The position numbers and the translations under genes are program-made. Source: Thermoanaerobaculia bacterium (GTDB lineage: Bacteria > Acidobacteriota > Thermoanaerobaculia > Multivoradales > UBA5704). Taken from it: a stretch of DNA of 64,000 nt. Positions 54,201 through 62,600 of this stretch are shown piece after piece. The notes under the pieces were generated by a model. That model ran no database searches. It had not been told where the DNA came from and worked only from the letters and a program-made list of their open reading frames with translations. Location: contig DATMZM010000208.1 in assembly GCA_035607445.1 (NCBI GenBank), forward strand, positions 1,286 to 65,285, read 5' to 3'. Every line of letters begins with the position of its first letter. Position 1 is the stretch's first letter.

Positions 54201-57200
54201 GGGTTCGAGTACAACCGCGATCTGTTCGATGCGGCGACGATCAGCCGGCTGGGTTTGCAGCTCGAACGGCTGCTCGGGGGCTTGCTCGCGCACCCGGAGG
54301 TGCCGGTGGACGAGTTGGACCTATGGAGCGCGGCGGAGCGGCATCAGGTCGAAGTCGAATGGAACGCGCGGCCGTGGAGCTACGCGGGGGAGATCTGCCT
54401 GCACGAGAGGTTCGAGCGGCAGGTGGACCGGGATCCCGCCCGCACGGCGGTAGTGCCAGGTTTGGCGGGGGAGGACCCCTGGAGCTACGAGGAGCTCGAA
54501 GCCTGCTCGAATCGAGTCGCGCACTACCTGCGGCGGCACGGCATGACCGCGGGCGATCGGGTGGGCTTGTGCGGGGAGCGTTCGCCGCGTCTGGTCGCGA
54601 GCCTGTTGGGGATCTTGAAGGCGGGTTGCTCGTACGTGCCGCTCGATGCCGAGTATCCGCCGGAGCGCTTGGCGTTTTTGGTGGCGGACTCCGGCGTGCG
54701 GACGGTCATCGGCCAGCAGGCCTTCCGGGAGCGGATTGCTCTGCCGGAGCGAGTGCGGTGGCTGTCTCTGGAAGAGGAGTGGGAAGGGATCGGTCGCGAG
54801 AGCGCTTTACGTCCGCTGTGGAGTTTGGGACCGGGGTCCGCGGCGTACGCGATCTATACGTCGGGCTCGACGGGGGTGCCGAAGGGAGTGGTGGTGCCGC
54901 ACCGGGCGATCGCGAACCGGGTGCTGTGGATGCAGGAGGCGTATCCGCTGACCGTCGAAGACCGTGTTCTGCAGAAAACTCCCTGGAGCTTCGACGCGTC
55001 GATCTGGGAGCTGTTTCTGCCGCTTTCGGTGGGCGCGGAGCTGGTCCTGGCGGAGCCGGGTGGTCACCGGGACAGCGGGTATTTGGTCCGAGCCGTCACG
55101 GAATATCAGATCACGGTGTTGCAGCTGGTGCCGTCGATGCTGCAGGCGTTTCTCGAAGAGCCGAGCGCCTCGAGCTGCACGAGCTTGCGGTATCTGTTTG
55201 CGGGAGGCGAAGCGCTCTCGGGCGCTGTCGCTCAGCGGCTGGCGAGCCGTCTGCCGGCGGTGGAGCTGGTGAACCTCTATGGTCCGACGGAAGCGGCGAT
55301 CGACGTGGCGTCGAAGCCTCGCGTGGGATCCGAGACGCGGGCGGTGGTGCCTCTCGGTCGGCCGATCTCTTGCGTGCACCTGGCGGTGATGGATCGGATA
55401 GGGCGGGCGGTGCCGATCGGCGTCGCGGGGGAGCTGTGGATCGGCGGGGTGAACCTGGCCTTCGGCTACCAGGGGCGCGCGGACTTGACGGCGGAGCGGT
55501 TCGTTGCGGCTCCCTGGTCGAGCGGGGGCGAGCGGGCGTATCGAACGGGAGATCTGGCGCGTTGGCTGCCGGGAGGCGAGCTCGAGTACCTGGGCCGGAT
55601 CGATACGCAGGTGAAGGTACGGGGAGTGCGGATCGAGCTGGGTGAGATCGAGGCGGCTCTGTCGGCGCATCCGGGGGTGGCGCAGACGGCGGTGGCGGTT
55701 CGGGGAGCGGACAGCGGCCGGCGCCTGGTGGGGTATTGGGTGGGCCGGCAGGATCTGCGCGTGACGGCGGAGGAGCTGCGCGCGCACGTGGCGCGGCGCC
55801 TGCCGGAGGCGATGGTGCCGGGCGTGCTGATGGAGCTCGAGGCGCTGCCGGTTCTGCCGAACGGCAAGGTGGATCGCAGCGCTCTGCCGGAGCCGGAGGC
55901 GATCGCCGGAGGAGGCGAAGCGCCGCGCACAGTGGTGGAAGAGGTGCTGGCGGCGATCTGGTCGGAGGTGCTGGGTCTCGAGCAGGTGGGAGTGGAGTCG
56001 AGCTTCTTCGATCTCGGGGGCCATTCGCTGCTGGCGACGCGGGTGGTCTCGCGGATTCGGCAGGCGCTCGGGGTGGATCTGCCGGTCCGGTCGGTGTTCG
56101 AGCGTCCGACGATCGCGGGTCTGGCGAGCGAAATCGGGCGCCGGAGAGACGCGGGGTCGAAGACGCCGCCTTTGCTTCCGGTCGAGCGGAGAGGTGCGCT
56201 GCCGGCGTCGTTTGCTCAGTCGCGGCTGTGGTTTTTGCATCAGCTCGAGCCGGAGAGCGTGGCCTACCACCTACCTCTGGCGCTGCGGCTCGAAGGCGAC
56301 TTGAACGTCGGTGCCCTGGCCGGAGCCTTGCTGGAGATCGTCCGCCGGCACGAGGTGTTGCGGACGAGATATCCGGAGCATCCGGAGCGGGACGGCGAGC
56401 CGATGCAGGAGGTGCTGCCGGCCGGGTGGGTGAAGCTGCCGCTCGTCGATTTCGGGCAGCTGCCGATGGTCGCACGCGATGCGGAGTCGCGGCGGGTAGC
56501 CGGCGCGGAGGCGGCGCGGCCCTTCGATCTCGAGCGGGGTCCGCTGTTTCGGAGTGCCTTGTTGCGTCTGGGCGTGAACGATCATCTCGGCCTCCTGACG
56601 CAACACCACATCGTCTCGGACGCCTGGTCGCGCGGCATTCTGATTCGCGAGCTCTCGGCGCTTTACGGTGCCGCTCTCGCCGGCCGCCCGTCGCCGCTCG
56701 TCGAGCTACCGGTCCAGTACGCGGACTACGCAGTCTGGCAGAGATCCTGGCTCACGGGAGAGGTGCTAGAAGCGCAGCTCGGCTTCTGGCGCGAACGGCT
56801 CGCCGGGGTGCCCCAGGCGCTCGACCTGCCGACCGACCGGCCGCGGCCGCCGGTGCAGAGCTTCAGGGGCGCCTCGCGGCCGGTCACGATTGCGGCCGCG
56901 ACGGCGAACGGCCTCAAGGCTCTCGCGAGGCGCGAGAGCGCGTCGCCGTTTATGGCCTTTCTCGCCGGCTTCCAGGCTCTCCTCTGTCGCGCGGCGGCTC
57001 GATCTGAGGTGCTCGTCGGCTCGCCGATCGCGAACCGTGAGCGCCTCGAAGTGGAGGGACTGATCGGCTTTTTCACCAACACGCTGGTGCTGCGCGGAGG
57101 AATCGAGAGCGGCGAGGGCGGAACCGGTCTCCGCGATCTCGTCGGCCGTGCACGCGAAACCGTGCTCGGCACCTCGGTGCACCAGGATCTGCCCTTCGAG

Positions 57201-59513
57201 AAACTCGTCGAGGAGTTGAAGCCCGAGCGCGACGCATCGCGCACGCCCTTGTTCCAGGTTCTGTTCACTCTCGTCCCGGCGCCGGAATCAATCGCCCTCT
57301 CGGGTCTCGAGGTGCGGCCGTTCGGTGCTGCGGGGACGACGGCGAAATTCGATTTGTCGCTGGCGCTGACCGACGCGCCGAACGGTGTGACGGGTGCCTT
57401 CGAGTACGCGACGGCGCTCTTCGACCCGGCGACGGTCGAGCGGTTTGGACGGCACTTTGGCGTGTTGCTCGCGGCGGCGGTCGCCGACCCCGAAGCGGAT
57501 CTGCGGATGCTCCCTCTGCTCGCTCCGGCGGAGAGGCACCAGGTTGCGCTTGCTTGGAACGATACCGGCCGCTCGCTCGAAACGGCGCGAACGATCCACG
57601 AGGCGATCGAGGCGCAAGTCGACCGGACGCCGGATGCGATCGCGCTCCGATTCGAGGGCGAGCAGCTGAGCTACGCGGAGCTGGATCGACGGTCAAACCG
57701 GTTGGCTCACCATCTGCTCCGACGGGGCGTCTCGCGCGAGAGATTAGTCGGCCTTGCGCTCGAGCGCTCGCTCGATCTGCTCGTCGCTCAGATCGCGACC
57801 TGGAAAGCCGGCGGGGGGTACGTGCCGATCGATCCAAGTTATCCGGCCGAGCGGCTCGCGGCGATGCTCGCGGACGCCCGGGTATCTGCGTTGATCACGC
57901 GCTCGACGCTCGTCGATCGGCTTCCGGTAAAGCCCCCGGATGATCGGAAGCCCGAGGCTCCGATCGTTTGGCTCGACCGCGACGCTGCGGCGATCTCGGC
58001 GGAGCGCGAGGTGCGACCCGGGCTCGAGGTGCTACCGGAGCAGCTGGCGTACGCGATCTTCACGTCAGGATCGACCGGCCGCCCGAAAGGAGCGATGAAC
58101 GAGCATCGAGCCGTGCTCAATCGGCTGCTCTGGGGCGAGACGACATTCGGGTTCGATGCTCGCGATCGATTCATCCAAAAGACGCCGTTCAGTTTCGATG
58201 TCTCGGTGTTCGAGCTCTTCGGCCCCCTGTTGTGTGGCGCGCGGCTGGCGCTCGCGGTGCCGGGTGGGCATCAGGATACATCGTACCTGGCTCGGTTGTT
58301 GGCGGAGGAAGGGGCGACGACGGTGCATTTCGTGCCGTCGATGCTGCGGACATTCCTCGACGAGGCGGAGCCTTCGACCCTGCGGAGTCTGCGTCGGGTG
58401 ATGGCGAGCGGAGAGGCTCTGCCAGCCGCGCTTTCGGATCGTTTCTTTGCACGGCTTTGCCCGGGTGGCGCCAAGAGCGCGAGCGATGCCATCGCAACGA
58501 TCGAGCTGCACAATCTGTACGGACCGACGGAAGCCGCGGTCGAGGTGACACACCAACCGTGCCGTCCGGGAGCCCGTGCGATGTCGATCGGGCGACCGGT
58601 GGCGAATACCCGGATTCACCTGCTGGACCGGGAGATGGCGCCCGTACCGATCGGGCACGCAGGCCAGCTCGCCATCGGCGGAGGACAGGTCGGGCGCGGC
58701 TATCTCGATCGCCCGGAGTTGACGGCGGAGCGTTTCGTGCCGGATCCATTCGGAGGGCCGGGGAGTCGGCTCTACTTGAGCGGCGATCTCGCGCGGCATC
58801 GCGCCGAGGGTTCGATCGAGTTTCTGGGCCGCACCGACCAGCAAGTCAAAGTGCGCGGCTTCCGTATCGAGCTCGAAGAAATCGAGTCGGCCTTGACCGA
58901 GCATCCGAAGATCCAACAGGCCGCGGTGGTGGCGAGCGGCGACGACGAGCAGCGTCGCCTCGTCGCTTACGTGGCGTTCGTCGGCGAGCAGGTGCCGCTC
59001 GCGAAGATGCGCGAGCATCTCCGGCGCCGGCTGCCGGAATACATGATTCCGTCGCTGTTTCTGGAGCTCAAGTCGCTGCCGTTGACGGCGAGCGGCAAAG
59101 TGGATCGGCGGGCGCTACCCGCGCCGTCGCGATTGCAGCAGCAGCTCGAGAAGACCTACGTCGCCCCGCGCAACGCGGTCGAAGAGGTGCTCGCGGGGAT
59201 CTGGGCCGACGTGCTTGGCATCGGACGAGTCGGCATCGAAGACGATTTCTTCGATCTTGGTGGCCACTCCCTGCTCGCCACTCGCGCGGTCTCGCGGGTG
59301 CGCAAGATCTTCCGCGTCGATCTACCGCTGCGGAGCTTCTTCGGCGGGACGACCGTGGCGCGGCTCGGGCAGGTTCTTCTCGACCATGAAGCACAGCCCG
59401 GGCGGACCGAGAAGGTCGCGCGGCTCTTCCGCAACGTCGAGTCCATGAGCGAAGAGCGGATGCGCGAGTTGCTCGCGAAGAAGCGGAGCGATCCGGAACC
59501 CGGCGAAAAATGA
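42252..59513 (+). CDS. Nonribosomal peptide synthetase with 5 modules: C-A(Thr)-T, C*(variant)-A(Gly)-T, C-A(Thr)-T-ST, C-A(Gln)-T, C-A(Ser)-T. Has an N-terminal docking head and a C-terminal docking tail.
   Basis: The 5753-aa ORF has a TTG start at 42252 (alternative in-frame GTG at 42258) overlapping the gene 1 stop as TTGA. A GAAAGGA RBS lies at 42239-42245, 6 nt upstream. The N-terminus MSVDELASTGSLFDEQLALYEQLLAEEG leads straight into C1 motif [15 protein letters not shown]. A3 cores are near 44204, 47424, 50630, 54843 and 58048. The stop is at 59511-59513. Confidence 0.95.
42380..45510 (+). other. Gene 2 module 1: C-A(Thr, DFWNVGMVHK)-T(GGDS, E-domain-type PCP signature).
   Basis: [25 protein letters not shown] and [10 protein letters not shown]. 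A domain carries [92 protein letters not shown] and TVHGKIDRRALP. PCP motif [24 protein letters not shown]. Confidence 0.85.
45545..46960 (+). other. Variant condensation-family domain C* (gene 2 module 2 C position). C3 motif reads NHAIFDGWS (first His replaced by Asn) and the N-terminal motif reads [14 protein letters not shown].
   Basis: [36 protein letters not shown]...[22 protein letters not shown]...[21 protein letters not shown]...GLFLNTLPLRVQL...[13 protein letters not shown]. It shows no sequence similarity to the 16 standard '[10 protein letters not shown]...HHIVSD(G/A)WS' C domains in the window. About 55-60% aa identity to the gene 3 copy. Confidence 0.7.
46961..48740 (+). other. 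Gene 2 module 2: A(Gly, DILQLGLIWK)-T.
   Basis: A domain carries [74 protein letters not shown] and [12 protein letters not shown]. PCP motif FFDLGGHSLLATRL. Confidence 0.8.
48785..52990 (+). other. Gene 2 module 3: C-A(Thr-like, DFWSVGMVHK)-T(GGNS)-ST.
   Basis: [26 protein letters not shown] and HHIVSDAWS. A domain carries ...[54 protein letters not shown] and TAHGKLDRRALPAP. PCP motif FFELGGNSISGAVLINRLQQ. ST domain 3 spans 52010-52990. Confidence 0.85.
52010..52990 (+). other. Embedded sulfotransferase-like (ST) domain 3, between PCP3 and C4 of gene 2.
   Basis: KNPPVLFVLSPPRSGTTLLRVMLGGHPRLFAPPELELLSYRTMSERREAFSGRDSFWLEG...LVDKTPSYALDP...YLHLVRHPGGMVRSFEEAKLDQVFF...MTDGPHAASRMLGDVKFLGHGGVKAEVAEGWRE. 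Paralogue of ST2. Confidence 0.75.
53020..56150 (+). other. Gene 2 module 4: C-A-T, predicted Gln (DAWQFGLIDK, exact Gln code).
   Basis: [25 protein letters not shown] and [9 protein letters not shown]. A domain carries [55 protein letters not shown] and LPNGKVDRSALP. PCP motif FFDLGGHSLLATRV. Confidence 0.8.
56185..59390 (+). other. Gene 2 module 5: C('AYHLP' subtype)-A-T, predicted Ser-like (DVFHMSLVEK).
   Basis: LPASFAQSRLWFLHQLEPESVAYHLPLALRLEGDLN and QHHIVSDAWS. A domain carries [42 protein letters not shown] and TASGKVDRRALP. PCP motif FFDLGGHSLLATRA. Confidence 0.8.
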
Positions 59514-59640
59514 GCGACCTCGGATCGGGCCGTAAGGCGGAGCTGTCGATGGACCGCCTGGAGCTGCTCGAGCGCATGCTCGAGGAGGAGGGTCTGTTCG
59601 ACGACGCCGTGGACTCGGCGGACGCCATCTTGCCGCGTCC
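59391..59640 (+). other. Gene 2 / gene 3 junction: C-terminal docking-like tail, ATGA overlap, and N-terminal docking-like head.
   Basis: Tail ...LLDHEAQPGRTEKVARLFRNVESMSEERMRELLAKKRSDPEPGEK*. Head [47 protein letters not shown]. Both are paralogous to the gene 1 / gene 2 junction elements. Confidence 0.6.
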
Positions 59641-62600
59641 CTCCGGCGAGCCCGCGCCCCTTTCGTTCGCGCAGGCTCGCCTCTGGTTTCTCGACCGCTG
59701 GCAGCGCGGCAGCTGGGCTTACAACTTGTTCGGAGCCCAGCGGTTCACGATCCCGATCGAGCCACGGCTCCTCGCCGCCAGCTTCAACGAGGTCGTCCGC
59801 CGCCACGAATCGCTGCGTACCACGTTCACCGAAATCGACGGGAAGCCCGTCCAGAGCGTGGCGGCACAACTTCGACTGCCACTGCGCGAGATCGATCTCG
59901 GCGTGCTGCCGCGAGCGATCGCCGACGGGGAGGAGCGGCGCGCTCTCGGCGCCTGCGCTCGGCGGACGTTCGATCTCGAGCGGGGTCCTCTCCTCGCGAC
60001 CGAGCTCCTGCGGCGAGAAGGAGCCGGCAGCGTTCTTCTCGCGACGATGCACCACATCGTGTCGGATGGCTGGTCGCTCGCCGTCCTCCTCCGGGAGGTT
60101 CTCGCGATCTATCGGTCGCTCGCACGAGGCCGAAGCCCGCGCTTGCCGCCGATCCCGATTCAATACGGGGACTACGCCGCCTGGCAGCGGCAACGGCTCT
60201 CGGGAGAACGGCTCGAGGCGGAGATCGCCTGGTGGCGCGCGCGCCTCTTCGGCGCGCCCACCCTCCTCGAGTTGCCCGCTGACCGGCCCCGGCCTGCCGC
60301 GCAGAGCTTTCGCGGCTCCGTACGGCCGATCCGGCTCGACGATCGTACGGCGGACAACCTGCAGGCCTTGGCGCAGGCGGCAGGGGCGACGCTGTTCATG
60401 GCTCTGCTCGCAGGCTTCGCGGTGCTCCTGCGCCGCTACACGGGCCAGCGGGACTTGCTGATCGGCTCGCCGATCGCGAACCGCAATCGACCCGAAGTCG
60501 AAAACCTGATCGGCTTCTTCGCCAATACCCTCGTCCTGCGGGTGCGGTTCGCGGGCGAGCCCGGCTTTCGCAACCTTCTCGCCCAAGTGCGCGACGAGAC
60601 CTTTGCGGCTTACGAGCATCAGGACATTCCGTTCGAGAAACTGGTCGAAGAACTGAGGCTCGGCCGCGATCCCTCCCGCCAGCCGCTTTGCCAAGTCGTG
60701 TTCGCGCTCCAGAACGCGCGCGCCGAGACGGAGGTGGCGAGCAACGGTCCGCGTCCGGTCGCCGAGGCGCTTCCCATCGACAACGGGAGCGCAAAATTCG
60801 ACCTCCTGCTCAGCCTCGCCGAGACCGCCCAGGGCGTGCAGGGCGGGATCGAGTACAGCTTGGACTTGTTCGACGCCGCGACGATCGACCGCATGGCGGC
60901 GCACTTGGACCGCCTGCTCGGCGCGCTCGCCCTGCGGCCCGATCGCCCGGCCATCGAAGCGCCTCTCCTCACCACGGAAGAAATGCGCCAGATCTCGGCG
61001 TGGAGCGAGCCGCGCGGCAAGGGGCGGACGTTCTCGCTGATCGAGCGATTCGCGGAGCAAGCAACGACGAGGCCCGACGCGATCGCTGTTTCTCTCGCCA
61101 GCGAGCAGATGACGTATGGAGAGCTGTTGCGCCAGGCGAACGAGCTTGCGCTCCGCCTCGCGATCCTTGGCGTCGCTCCCGGCGATCTCGTCGGCCTCTG
61201 CTTCGAACGCTCGACCGCGATGGTGGTCGCGATCCTCGGTACCTTGCAAGGCGGGGCCGCGTACGTGCCGCTCGATCCTCATTACCCGCAGGAACGATTG
61301 TCGTTCCTGCTCGAGGACAGCGGAGTGGGGATTCTCCTGACCCAAGCATCCTTGGCCGAGAGGCTGCCCGCTCATGGAGCGCGGGTCATTACGCTCGATG
61401 ACCTGCGCTCCACATGCCGGGGATCAGGAGACAGCAGCAGCCCGCCATGTCAGATCTCACCGGAGTTCCCGGCTTACGTGATCTACACTTCCGGTTCGAC
61501 GGGGAAGCCGAAAGGCGTTGTGGTGTCACATGCGAACGTTGCGCGGCTTTTCGCGGCGACGGACGCGTGGTTTTTCTTTGATGAGCGGGACGTCTGGACG
61601 CTGTTCCACTCGACCGCGTTCGACTTCTCCGTCTGGGAGCTGTGGGGCGCTCTCCTCCATGGCGGACGGCTGGTCGTCGTGCCGTACTGGACGAGCCGGA
61701 CCGCGGAGGAGTTTCACGAGTTGGTAGTGCGCGAGGGGGTGACGGTGCTCAATCAGACGCCATCGGCCTTCCGCCAGTTTGCCACTGTGGACGAAGAGCG
61801 CGCGGGAGCACCGTTTGCCCTGCGCTCGGTGGTGTTCGGTGGCGAGGCTCTCGACCTCGCGAGCCTCGGCCCGTGGTTCGACAGGCGGGGCGATGAGCGG
61901 CCGCGCTTGGTCAACATGTACGGCATTACCGAGACGACGGTCCATGTGACCCATCGCGAGCTCGCCGCCGCTGACATTCGCGGCTGGGTAGGAACGCCGA
62001 TCGGGAAGCCGATTCCGGACCTCTCCGTGCGGGTGCTCGATCCGAGAGGGCAGGTGGCCCCGATCGGTGTTCCGGGCGAGCTTTGCATCGGCGGCGCGGG
62101 CGTTGCGCTTGGGTACCTCGGCCGTCCGGCGCTGACAGCGGAGCGCTTCGTTCCCGATCCTGCAGGCGAAACGGGCGGTCGACTCTACCGCTCCGGCGAT
62201 CTCGGGCGCTTTCGGGGCGATGGAGAGATCGAATATCTCGGGCGGATCGATCATCAGATCAAACTGCACGGATTTCGGATCGAGCTCGGCGAGATCGAGG
62301 CGGCGCTCTTGAGTTGTCTAGGCGTGCGCGACGCGGTTGCGGTGCTGCGCGACGAGATGCTCATCGGCTACTGGGTCGGACCGACCGAAGGAACGTTTCC
62401 GAGCAGCGAGGAGCTCCGCAAGCACTTGCGCGACCGGCTCCCCGAGTACATGGTGCCGGGACGTTTGGTTGCGCTCGAATCGTTACCGCTCACCGCTCAC
62501 GGCAAGGTCGATCGAAAGGCATTGCCGGACGTTGCGGGGCGAGACGAGGCGGTCGGGTTCGAGCCGCCACGGAACGAAGTCGAAGAGGTGCTCGCCGCGG

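Larger units (their letters stand above)
50095..59513 (+). repeat. Large segmental duplication, copy B (9.42 kb) in gene 2. Paralogue of 32890-42255.
   Basis: Same domain order and docking tail. It starts at ...RRLSELPLLGEEEREQLLAEWG and ends at the gene 2 stop. Confidence 0.85.
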